This document shows positions 20,281-28,820 of a stretch of 49,976 nt of DNA, piece by piece. The stretch comes from a virus. Taxonomy: Duplodnaviria; Caudoviricetes. The translations under genes were made by a program, and so were the position numbers. Within the stretch, counting starts at the first letter, position 1. Each line of letters starts with the position of its first letter. The notes under the pieces are model-generated. The model worked only from the letters and a program-made list of their open reading frames with translations, did no database searches and had not been told where the DNA came from. The DNA is taken from IMG/VR virus record IMGVR_UViG_3300032212_000016, positions 1-49,976 of that record; one strand, written 5' to 3'.

Positions 20281-20450
20281 TATCTTCCCCTACCTCTATA
20301 CATAGAACGTCTTACATGTTGTGCAGCAAGCATACTATTAATTTTAACAGCACCATCAATAGTAATAGTAGGTGATGTTATGTGTGTTCCTATATTACCA
20401 ATACCGATAAATATTTGTGGATTATTCCGAGTATTCCAATGAATTATCAT
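20280..20450 (-). CDS. Small hypothetical protein (56 aa)
   Basis: Read manually: MIIHWNTRNNPQ...YRGRGR*; fills the gap with ATGA/TAATG coupling on both sides. Confidence 0.6.
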   Translation of the reverse strand: MIIHWNTRNNPQIFIGIGNIGTHITSPTITIDGAVKINSMLAAQHVRRSMYRGRGR

Positions 20451-21769
20451 GCCCTTGTTTTAACAGTTACAAAAGTATCTGCTGCTCCTGTAGCACTAAA
20501 TCTATAAGTAATTACATCACCATTAGTGTCTGCTGCTGTTAAGTCTATTTGATATATCCCATTAGAAACTTCTGATATTGTTCCATTAACGGATACAAAG
20601 GATGCACCATCAATACTCATCTGTCCTGTTACAGTTAATCCAACCTCAGGTGTAGAATAATCTGTTGCATCAACCATCAAGAACTCTAAATTATTGAAAG
20701 CAGTATTTTTAGTTATCCCTATTGAGGATGTATCTTCCAATATAGCGGCTAGTTGAGTGCTATTTGAGTCAATTTCTGCTCTAATCTGTGTTACTGGGTG
20801 GACATGGGTGGATTTAATAAATATTCCATCGGTAGCAGATAAGGCTGAAGTCCATGGCTCATCAACGGTTACAGTTCTCGTAGAGCCTACATAATCTGTT
20901 ATTGTTCTGGCTTGTCCAGCTAATGCTCCGCTAGTTGGGATAATTATCATGTCATTATAGAAGTCATCTACAGCAGAACCCGAGGTGAGATCGACTGTTG
21001 TGGTCGTGGGCGTTCCTGCGGCAGTTGTCTCTGATAATATTGTTGAGCTTAGTGTTTGAGATCGCCCCGTAGTACCAAGTGTTTGATGACCACTAATAGG
21101 TTCATCCCATATAAGGTCTACACCGGCTGAACCCAGAACAACACCGTCTGAGTCTGTAATAATATCAAGGTCTGCTTGAGCAGTTGCAATTAAAGCAGGA
21201 ATATCTGTTGTGGTGTCTGCCGCTATAATATCAAGAATTAAGTCCAAACGACCGCCATTTATCCAGTCGGTTAATGCACCCATTCTTGCGACTGTTATCT
21301 CATTTGTATTAGCAAGCTTAGTGTCCAAATCTAGTCCACCCGCATCACTAATCGGTAAACCTCCCGCGGCATCGGCGGCAGCATTAGGCAATGCGGTGAG
21401 TCCTAATCGTGTGGCGTCAAAAGGGTCATAATCGACTAACTGGATAACACACGGGATAACAATCATACCGGTTACTGTACCGTGAATCACAACTTTATCA
21501 ACGCCCGAAGCGACTGCGGCATCGGGAAGATCAAAACGATAAACCCCGTTTCCAATATGTAAGAATCCACCATCTGTGTGTGCGGTGGTTAATGAGGCTA
21601 AGGTAGCCTCTGTAATAGCGGTAGAAACTGCACCATCTCGCCGGTATTGGAGGTCTATTCCGGCGGTATTCCAGACTACGCCCGTTTCAGGTGTGCCTGC
21701 TGTTGAATCGATAATCTCCAGCTCAATAGAGACATCTGTTGATCCTTTTTTGATTACGTAAGTGTGCAT
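20447..21769 (-). CDS. Virion structural protein with duplicated terminal domain
   Basis: T/D/A-rich; N- and C-terminal ~90 aa similar to each other (IGNGVYRFDL versus VSNGIYQIDL). Confidence 0.65.
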   Translation of the reverse strand: MHTYVIKKGSTDVSIELEIIDSTAGTPETGVVWNTAGIDLQYRRDGAVSTAITEATLASLTTAHTDGGFLHIGNGVYRFDLPDAAVASGVDKVVIHGTVTGMIVIPCVIQLVDYDPFDATRLGLTALPNAAADAAGGLPISDAGGLDLDTKLANTNEITVARMGALTDWINGGRLDLILDIIAADTTTDIPALIATAQADLDIITDSDGVVLGSAGVDLIWDEPISGHQTLGTTGRSQTLSSTILSETTAAGTPTTTTVDLTSGSAVDDFYNDMIIIPTSGALAGQARTITDYVGSTRTVTVDEPWTSALSATDGIFIKSTHVHPVTQIRAEIDSNSTQLAAILEDTSSIGITKNTAFNNLEFLMVDATDYSTPEVGLTVTGQMSIDGASFVSVNGTISEVSNGIYQIDLTAADTNGDVITYRFSATGAADTFVTVKTRA

Positions 21770-21770
21770 A

Positions 21771-22793
21771 TTAGTATCTCATTCTAAAAGGTAAGGCGGT
21801 TGCGCCTGATGACACGAATTCATCTGCGCCAATATCAGGTGCAGTAGCGTGTCGCGTGTCTCCATCTGCGTCTATTGTAACAGGATAGTAGGTATCTGCG
21901 TCTAAGTCTGCTCCTGCGCCTGCGGCATCTGTTGTGTCATTGGCTAAATGAAAATCCCATGATCCTGCTGTGGTACTAGTAAATGTGACTGATCCACTCG
22001 TGACTGAATTTGCGCCATCGGCTGAAGCGTCTGTTGACAGATTATAATCATGCCAATCTCCAGTAGCTTCGACAAAATCAGTCCCGTTATTAGCACCAAT
22101 ATTGTTTCGACTCCTAGCCGTAGTATTTTCAAAATGAAAGCCCGTTTCGTTGTCGTTAGCTGTATTAGAATATATTTTATAAGAATCAGCCTCTGTTGTA
22201 TAAAGTGCTGGTGTATGTAACCCCTCATAAAACCTGACCATGACACAGTTACTTACATAAATAGGGGTGCTTCCCCACTGTAAATTAATTCCGTGGCTAT
22301 TTGCATCTGTATAACGTGTTCCAGAATTGTTATAGACTCCGAAATTCTCTATATAAATACCCGCCAAGCTCCCGTCAACAAATATTCCGTTTATATCTGT
22401 ATAGACTCCTTGTGCGCCTGTATGCACCTGACCACCTGACATTGTTATATATTCATCACGAATCCAAACCCCGTACTGATAACTTCCATTAGGCGTAAAT
22501 GCAATATGATATTTATCAGTATCATTAAAGACTAGAGCATTATTATCGCCTTTAAACTGAACATCGTAGGCGGCGCTTGTTGTCCAGCCATCGATAATAA
22601 AGCGCCCATCTGCCGTTCCAGAGGGACACGAAGCATTAACAACATGATTATCTGTGGCTGTTACTAGATCATCTTGCTCATTAGATTCCCATGAAGCAGC
22701 AGAAGCATAAGCCGCAGTTGCGCCAGAAGTATTATTAGTAGTTCCGTCACCGCCTGATGAATCAGTATTAATGTAGCGCGTTACCTCAGCCAT
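21771..22793 (-). CDS. Beta-helix-like virion / receptor-binding protein
   Basis: N/G-rich repeats, DFHL and DADGDTR...PDIGADE C-terminal signature. Confidence 0.65.
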   Translation of the reverse strand: MAEVTRYINTDSSGGDGTTNNTSGATAAYASAASWESNEQDDLVTATDNHVVNASCPSGTADGRFIIDGWTTSAAYDVQFKGDNNALVFNDTDKYHIAFTPNGSYQYGVWIRDEYITMSGGQVHTGAQGVYTDINGIFVDGSLAGIYIENFGVYNNSGTRYTDANSHGINLQWGSTPIYVSNCVMVRFYEGLHTPALYTTEADSYKIYSNTANDNETGFHFENTTARSRNNIGANNGTDFVEATGDWHDYNLSTDASADGANSVTSGSVTFTSTTAGSWDFHLANDTTDAAGAGADLDADTYYPVTIDADGDTRHATAPDIGADEFVSSGATALPFRMRY

Positions 22794-23244
22794 TTGCTAA
22801 GTCCTGCAATTCATCCAACAAACGATTATACCGCTTATTCCAGATATAAGGCTTTGCATTTGCGTAAGATACGGTAGCATAACGGTTATCACGCATTTGT
22901 ATTCTAAACGCATTAGGTACTTGGTCTATTGTAAAGTTACGCTTTCTCAATAACCTTCCCGTGTTATCCGTCCATCCATTAACAAATATTTTACGAAGAA
23001 ATTCTAAAGTGATGTTGCCAATAGCGGGAATATTATCAGGTACATCACGAATAAAAACCCAGCCAGTACGCGGCATACCTACGGGGTTGTTCGGTGTATA
23101 GATATTTCCAGAACGTACGCCCATTTGTTCAGCGGGGTAGATTTCTACAATATCACCTCTCGCCCATCGTGCCGCGTCTTTTTCGGGGTCAGCTATAGTG
23201 TGAGTGGAGGGTGATATTACGACCTCAAAACAATAATCAGCCAT
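22786..23244 (-). CDS. Hypothetical protein
   Basis: ORF in a GC-richer block, coupled to the next gene. Confidence 0.65.
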   Translation of the reverse strand: MADYCFEVVISPSTHTIADPEKDAARWARGDIVEIYPAEQMGVRSGNIYTPNNPVGMPRTGWVFIRDVPDNIPAIGNITLEFLRKIFVNGWTDNTGRLLRKRNFTIDQVPNAFRIQMRDNRYATVSYANAKPYIWNKRYNRLLDELQDLANG

Positions 23245-23286
23245 TATTGATCCAATTAATAAATATTATAAATAAAAAAATAAGAA

Positions 23287-23793
23287 TTATCCTAATGTGT
23301 TTAGGAATTTATCCTTAGCTTCCTTCATCTGTTTTTCAACTTTAGATAGAGATTTTAGAGCAGACTCTTTAGCTACATTAGCTTTATGAGCATCATCCTT
23401 GGCTTTTTCAATATCAGATTGAATATTATTTAATTCATTTCTAGCTTCAGATAGAATCTTATCTACTTGATTAGTAGCTCTACTTTTAATACCCTCAGCA
23501 TCTATACGGGCTTTGTTAAGTATATCTAGTTTTTCCTCTAAAGCATCTTTAGCTTCTTTTTCAGCTTTTTGTTGTTTTAAATAAGACTCATCACATTTAT
23601 CATCTAAAGATTTTAATTCTTTATTCAAAATTGAGATACGTATAGAAGCTGCCTTTTCTTCTCTCTCAAAATTAGCTAGAATATCAGCAGCTTCTGAGGC
23701 GTGTTTAAATACCTCATATAAACGAGCACTCTTACGTAACTCACCAGAGATAGCAGAATAGCTAACTTTAGTTTTTTCATCTTTATCAGTCAT
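23287..23793 (-). CDS. Coiled-coil hypothetical protein
   Basis: K/E/A-rich heptads. Confidence 0.7.
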   Translation of the reverse strand: MTDKDEKTKVSYSAISGELRKSARLYEVFKHASEAADILANFEREEKAASIRISILNKELKSLDDKCDESYLKQQKAEKEAKDALEEKLDILNKARIDAEGIKSRATNQVDKILSEARNELNNIQSDIEKAKDDAHKANVAKESALKSLSKVEKQMKEAKDKFLNTLG

Positions 23794-23804
23794 AATTTAA
23801 CCTA

Positions 23805-24203
23805 TTAATTTTTAAGAGTGCAATGTAATATAAATGAATATGTATCACCAGCAGCTCCACCAGAAGTTGTTAATTGTATATCACCTTCTGTATCTGTAGT
23901 TGGATCCCCTGCCATACTCTTACCTCCGAAAGGTCTATAATCCATATATCCCTGTCCTTGGAAATATTCAATTACTTCATCAGTAGCGTCATCCCAATCT
24001 AATAGTACATAATCAAACCCGACACCTACTGCCCAAGTAACTTCATCTACTCGGATACGACCCGGAATATTAACTCCATCCGGGCCGGTAAGAGAGGAAC
24101 GATCAATAACTACTACATTAGATTCATCAGAAACACTGAAAGCACCTGTTATATTCACAACTAGCTTTCTATTTCCAGAAACCATTGTTTTAACTGTAGC
24201 CAT
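23805..24203 (-). CDS. Virion structural protein
   Basis: GDIQLTT.G...GD.Y motif; head gene cluster. Confidence 0.65.
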   Translation of the reverse strand: MATVKTMVSGNRKLVVNITGAFSVSDESNVVVIDRSSLTGPDGVNIPGRIRVDEVTWAVGVGFDYVLLDWDDATDEVIEYFQGQGYMDYRPFGGKSMAGDPTTDTEGDIQLTTSGGAAGDTYSFILHCTLKN

Positions 24204-24217
24204 TATTAATCCCCTTA

Positions 24218-24532
24218 TTATGTAGCAATAATGCCATGAGTACGTAATTTAGCCAGTAGTGCATTAAGTTTATTCTCGATAGCTGTAACTTCTGTTACCA
24301 GTGTGGCTAAAGCAGCGGCAGTAGTATCTAAATCTGTAGCAGCATTAGATGTTACAGCAGTTGCTCCACTGGCATGTGCAGAATACGCAGTAGGTGCAGA
24401 AACATCAGCCTCAGCAGCAGATTGTGCTCCTAATACTTGAGTGCCTGCTACTTTAATAGCACCTCCACCATTTGCAGTACCTATATCAATATTTGAAAAA
24501 TGTGTTGCTTTCGTACTTTCATTCGCAGCCAT
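24218..24532 (-). CDS. Putative head fibre / decoration protein
   Basis: Ala/Thr-rich, C-terminal NALLAKLRTHGIIA. Confidence 0.65.
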   Translation of the reverse strand: MAANESTKATHFSNIDIGTANGGGAIKVAGTQVLGAQSAAEADVSAPTAYSAHASGATAVTSNAATDLDTTAAALATLVTEVTAIENKLNALLAKLRTHGIIAT

Positions 24533-24593
24533 ATTATTTCTCCTAGCCTTGGCATAAGGCAGTCAACTCCCATATCTCAGGGATCTATAGTTT

Positions 24594-24622
24594 AATAAAT
24601 AAGGATGGGGCTTTTCACCCCA
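24594..24622 (-). terminator. Putative terminator after the capsid/endonuclease genes
   Basis: Minus strand TGGGG-TGAAAAG-CCCCA followed by a T-rich tail. Confidence 0.5.
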
Positions 24623-24659
24623 ATTGTTAGGTAGAACCTAATATTCCCTATCGGGGGTA

Positions 24660-25187
24660 TTACTTGAGGTATTTAATCGCATTCTGTAGTATTTCAACAG
24701 AATCTTTCATAAAACCCAACGCTCTATTACAATTAGAACAAAGAAGGCCACGCACTTTTCCAGTCTTATGACAATGATCAACTGCTAAAGAATTATTATA
24801 AGGCTCTATCTCTCCACATATTTTACATACGTGGTTTTGATTGAGACTTAAAGTATGGTATTCTTCTAGAGTTAATCCATACATTCTGTTTAGTTCATTA
24901 TTCTTAGCTTTATCAGGATTAGTTTTACGCCACTTCTTCTGATACTCTGCTTTGGAATTAGATTTAATAATCTTTTTCCATTCACAATTATCAATAGAAA
25001 ATCCTTTTGAAGAATCTATACGATTCAGTCTATGTTGTTTAGAAGGTCTTTCTCCTATTTGATCTACAAACAAATAGAAATCATTATACCATTCATCACA
25101 AACATTAAACTTTGTATGCATTCTTCTCATCCAAGCCCATGAATTATATAGTGGATGTCTTTCTTTCTTTGTTTTAAGTTTTGCCAT
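24660..25187 (-). CDS. Endonuclease VII-family homing endonuclease with degenerate N-terminal HNH-like domain
   Basis: CKICG...LAVDHCHKTGKVRGLLCSNCNRALG; N-terminal VCDEW..F..F...GERP...LNRID...DNCEW. Confidence 0.85.
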   Translation of the reverse strand: MAKLKTKKERHPLYNSWAWMRRMHTKFNVCDEWYNDFYLFVDQIGERPSKQHRLNRIDSSKGFSIDNCEWKKIIKSNSKAEYQKKWRKTNPDKAKNNELNRMYGLTLEEYHTLSLNQNHVCKICGEIEPYNNSLAVDHCHKTGKVRGLLCSNCNRALGFMKDSVEILQNAIKYLK

Positions 25188-25228
25188 GTTGTCCTCCTTA
25201 TAGGTCAGGTATATGGCTAGTTAATAGA

Positions 25229-26137
25229 TCAGGCCCCCGGAGATCCGAATATTGCACGAGGATCAGTCCAACCAAAGCTGTAACGCTCTGTAGCTTTGAA
25301 CTTAGCATTTTCAGTATCAAAATCGTTATCAAGAGCAAAGCTCATTGGACGACGATTAAAACACTTCATACCATCCTGTACATTAGTACGGATAAACCAA
25401 GCATCGGCATCTGTTAGATAATGATTAACTTTAACACCACCGGGGAATTTACCCATTTGTTTTAAAGCGTTTACATCATTATCAGCAGTACCTACACGGT
25501 ATGGAGATTGAAGAATACGTTCTGCTTCAAATACCAAATCAGAAGGAATAATTAATGATTGGGGCATAACAGAAATCTTTAGACCACGATCATTAGTAAA
25601 CTTCATGATATCAATACATGCTTGCTCTAGAGAAGCTTCAGATAAATCAGCAGCGGTTGCCAATTCATTAGCCCATGTACCACCTGAATGATTCAAATGA
25701 GCTGTAGAACACATCTCTAAACCGTCACCACCAGCATAAGTACTGTTGAATGCACGATTGTAAACATTAGCACCGACGGTTTCTTTTGTTTGACGCATAG
25801 AGAATGCCAATGCACGAGAGCGTCTATCACCCACTACACCATATTGGTCATCTTCTACCATTTCACGAGTAATCACAAAACCTAAACCATATACAATATG
25901 ATTATAACGGGTTAAGAATGCTTGATTCTCTTCGTCATACGCGATACCGTTACCTTCACCCTTACGGGATGCAAGGCCGAAACTAGAAACACCTAAGTCT
26001 TCTTCATAAGCTTTACCTGATTTGAATTCATCAAATAGGTCGGTGTATTCTACGCTATGTTCAGCATATGCTTTACCATATATTGAATTAATACCGGGCC
26101 ATAATAACTTTGCAAAATTTGAACTAGTAATTGCCAT
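25229..26137 (-). CDS. Major capsid protein
   Basis: 302 aa; LWPG, ED..Y, HYLTDADAWF and ERYSFGWTDPR motifs of a widespread podovirus MCP family. Confidence 0.9.
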   Translation of the reverse strand: MAITSSNFAKLLWPGINSIYGKAYAEHSVEYTDLFDEFKSGKAYEEDLGVSSFGLASRKGEGNGIAYDEENQAFLTRYNHIVYGLGFVITREMVEDDQYGVVGDRRSRALAFSMRQTKETVGANVYNRAFNSTYAGGDGLEMCSTAHLNHSGGTWANELATAADLSEASLEQACIDIMKFTNDRGLKISVMPQSLIIPSDLVFEAERILQSPYRVGTADNDVNALKQMGKFPGGVKVNHYLTDADAWFIRTNVQDGMKCFNRRPMSFALDNDFDTENAKFKATERYSFGWTDPRAIFGSPGA

Positions 26138-26153
26138 TTTTCATAGCCTCCTA

Positions 26154-26723
26154 TTATACGTTATTAAACTGAGTATTGACGAACTTAACCCAATAGCGAC
26201 CAAACGCTAAAGTAGGATCATTTCCAACAATATCAGGGATTTCAACAACAACAACATCACCATCATTAGTCAATGCATCACCATTAATTTCATGATTAGA
26301 GATACCTGTAGTTGTATTACCAGCAGTTGCTAGGATATCTTGAGCTTCCCCAACAACCAATGTAGCAGCAGTATCATCAACCTGTGCTTCAAAAATTACA
26401 TCTTCAGCAGGAATATAATACACTACCCAATCAGTGTTTGTAGATGCACTGTCATCATAATAACGTGTAGTAAGAGCATCTGGATTGAAAGGGCCACCTG
26501 ATTTTTGTGACATTGTATCTTTCTTACCAAAGCCTACAGCAACACCTAGACATACACCTTCAACCGCAAGGGCTTGTGCAAGTCCAGAAGATAACTGTAA
26601 TGCATCTCCTACGAAAATGTCAGCGCCGTCCGCTACACCCACTGAACGAATCAATGAATTTACTGGAGCACCGCTAACAGTCTTTACAGCTCGAAAGCCA
26701 TTAGGACGATCAACATTAGCCAT
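26154..26723 (-). CDS. Capsid cement / minor capsid protein
   Basis: MANVDRPNGFR, IFVGD and FEAQ motifs; directly upstream of the MCP. Confidence 0.7.
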   Translation of the reverse strand: MANVDRPNGFRAVKTVSGAPVNSLIRSVGVADGADIFVGDALQLSSGLAQALAVEGVCLGVAVGFGKKDTMSQKSGGPFNPDALTTRYYDDSASTNTDWVVYYIPAEDVIFEAQVDDTAATLVVGEAQDILATAGNTTTGISNHEINGDALTNDGDVVVVEIPDIVGNDPTLAFGRYWVKFVNTQFNNV

Positions 26724-26783
26724 ATTTATAACTCCTTAATTATAAGTTTTTAAAATAGACAATGATTACGTCCTATATGGTTA

Positions 26784-27263
26784 CTAGTCTCTTGAGAGTT
26801 TAATATCACCATATTGTCCATTATCACTGTCAGTTTGTGTAATAGCTTGTTCTCTGTCAGTTATATCAGCTTGTTTTGCTTTCTGATCTTCCTCATAATA
26901 TTCTTTAGGAATACGCATAAGGTAATAGAACTTACCGCTACCAGCAGGTACTCGAATAATCGAGCCTACATTATCAGTTTGATAAACCATGTCCTGACCA
27001 ACAGTATGCTGTCCATCATCACTACGTACAAATTCCCACCAAGCTCGTTGGAACTTTTGGATACGTTGTCCACTTTCATCACCATCCAAGATCCAACGAT
27101 ATGAAAATGCTGGGTCTTTACCTTCTACAGTAAGGATGTCTCGATTACCAGAGACAGGTACGCGTTTAGCTGGACGACCTGAAACGTCTTCAGCACGGCT
27201 TACATCATCTTTACGAGGTCTTCCTCGTCCTCTCTTAACAGTTCCAACTTCTTGTTGTGTCAT
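26784..27263 (-). CDS. Conserved head-module protein with AT-hook-like N-terminus
   Basis: KRGRGRPRK, YRWI and LMRIP.E.YEED motifs. Confidence 0.7.
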   Translation of the reverse strand: MTQQEVGTVKRGRGRPRKDDVSRAEDVSGRPAKRVPVSGNRDILTVEGKDPAFSYRWILDGDESGQRIQKFQRAWWEFVRSDDGQHTVGQDMVYQTDNVGSIIRVPAGSGKFYYLMRIPKEYYEEDQKAKQADITDREQAITQTDSDNGQYGDIKLSRD

Positions 27264-27298
27264 ATTACTTTCTCCTAATTATAAGTTTTTATCTAATC

Positions 27299-28144
27299 TT
27301 AAAGCTCACCAGAATCTACAAGCTGATCAACATATTCTTGTACATTCTCAAAAGCTCCAGTATCTACAAACATTTTAGCGAATTGTCTTTGTTCATCACT
27401 TAAATCTTTTTCAGTATATTTAGATTTTTTAGGCCGTTTACCAGTACCTGTTTTTTCTGTAACAGTACCAGCACTTACCTGTCTTTCGTTACCGAAATTA
27501 TGAGGAAATTTCCTCTTCATTTCAGAAGTGACATATTTTAAAACATCTTCAATCGGAGCACCTTGATTTCTATCAGCATATTCCATACCAATAGCATCAG
27601 CAGCACCCCTCAATGATATATCATTATGGTACCAACTATTTTCACCAGCCCATTCAACAAATGCTGGATTAGGGGCTAACTCTGTATTATCAGCAGGGTG
27701 TTCTTCTTCTGACGGTAAAGAGTTTTCAGCAGCCTTCTTAGCTTCTTTTAGTTCATCCATCTTTTCATCAATTTCTACAACCGATGCATGATCATCATCT
27801 TCCAAGGCATCAATCTTTTCTTTTTTAAGAGCAGATAATGCCTTTTTGTATTCTTGTTCAGCAATCTTTTTATTATGTTCACCTAATGCTTTCATTGCAC
27901 TCTTTAAGTTATCAATCTCACTTGTATAAGAGTTTAATTGCTTAGATTGTTGTTGAATTCGTGACATAAATTCACCATTACGATTAAAGGTTTTAGCATC
28001 AACCCAATCATCAGGCTCTCCAGTCCACTCATCTTCTGGTCTCCACCCTGAAGCCATTGCCTTCTCTTCAGCAGGGGATAATTTTACTTCTTCTTCATTA
28101 ATTTCTTCTCTTTCTAAATCAAGATCTAAATTTTCTTCAGACAT
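27299..28144 (-). CDS. Putative scaffolding protein
   Basis: Acidic coiled-coil; GWRP...W.DA and NSWY; between portal and MCP. Confidence 0.65.
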   Translation of the reverse strand: MSEENLDLDLEREEINEEEVKLSPAEEKAMASGWRPEDEWTGEPDDWVDAKTFNRNGEFMSRIQQQSKQLNSYTSEIDNLKSAMKALGEHNKKIAEQEYKKALSALKKEKIDALEDDDHASVVEIDEKMDELKEAKKAAENSLPSEEEHPADNTELAPNPAFVEWAGENSWYHNDISLRGAADAIGMEYADRNQGAPIEDVLKYVTSEMKRKFPHNFGNERQVSAGTVTEKTGTGKRPKKSKYTEKDLSDEQRQFAKMFVDTGAFENVQEYVDQLVDSGEL

Positions 28145-28517
28145 ATTCTACACCTTCTCTATTGTTTAATTTCTCTTGTGTTTTATTAGACATATATTCA
28201 GGAATTTCTTCAGTGATTACCCCTAAGATATCTTCATCATTCATGATCATATACTCAGTTTCTGGGTCTGCCGGATCTTGTACAAACTTTCCAGCATATC
28301 TAGAAAAGTAAATATAATCACCTTTATTTGCCCAAGGTTTACCACTAAAATCAATACTGAATGCTTTCCAAGCCTGATCCCCATGATCTACTAGGAGACC
28401 TTTCTGTACCCCACCTTTCTCAAGTTTCTCATCTATTGATAAGATTATACCTGAAGCAGTAGTCTTTTCAACCTTATCCGGTTTAATAAGAACTCTATGT
28501 CCTGTTGGTTTAATCAT
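28137..28517 (-). CDS. GroES-like co-chaperonin
   Basis: IKPTGHRVLIKP..VEKTTASGIIL, GD...F.RYAG and MNDEDILG; likely start at ATG 28517. Confidence 0.9.
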   Translation of the reverse strand: MIKPTGHRVLIKPDKVEKTTASGIILSIDEKLEKGGVQKGLLVDHGDQAWKAFSIDFSGKPWANKGDYIYFSRYAGKFVQDPADPETEYMIMNDEDILGVITEEIPEYMSNKTQEKLNNREGVEYV

Positions 28518-28800
28518 ATAAATCTCCTGTCCCAGCATCTTCTATCCATACTAAGATTGACTCAATAGCAGCCACGCTACCTAAAGCCTTGGAGTTTTTT
28601 TGAGTTGTTTCATCCATTGATTTACCGGTGAATTCTCCATTCAACCATGAATCAAAATGCCCTACTATATCTCCTTGTAAGGATAATATTAAGGATTTTG
28701 TCACAGGATGTTTACACCAACTATTTACTTCAGCTTCTGGAATACTTTTAAAAGCATCTTCTGCCCTTTCGTATAATTCTGTTGTACTATTTCTTAGCAT
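28510..28800 (-). CDS. Hypothetical protein
   Basis: W..HPVT motif; follows the portal gene. Confidence 0.65.
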   Translation of the reverse strand: MLRNSTTELYERAEDAFKSIPEAEVNSWCKHPVTKSLILSLQGDIVGHFDSWLNGEFTGKSMDETTQKNSKALGSVAAIESILVWIEDAGTGDLYD

Positions 28801-28820
28801 CTAAACTACCTCTCTTTCTT

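Noticed and set aside
24630-24660. Possible duplicated MCP 3' end after the endonuclease (GILGST versus AIFGSP)
   Set aside because: Too short and divergent to separate from chance.
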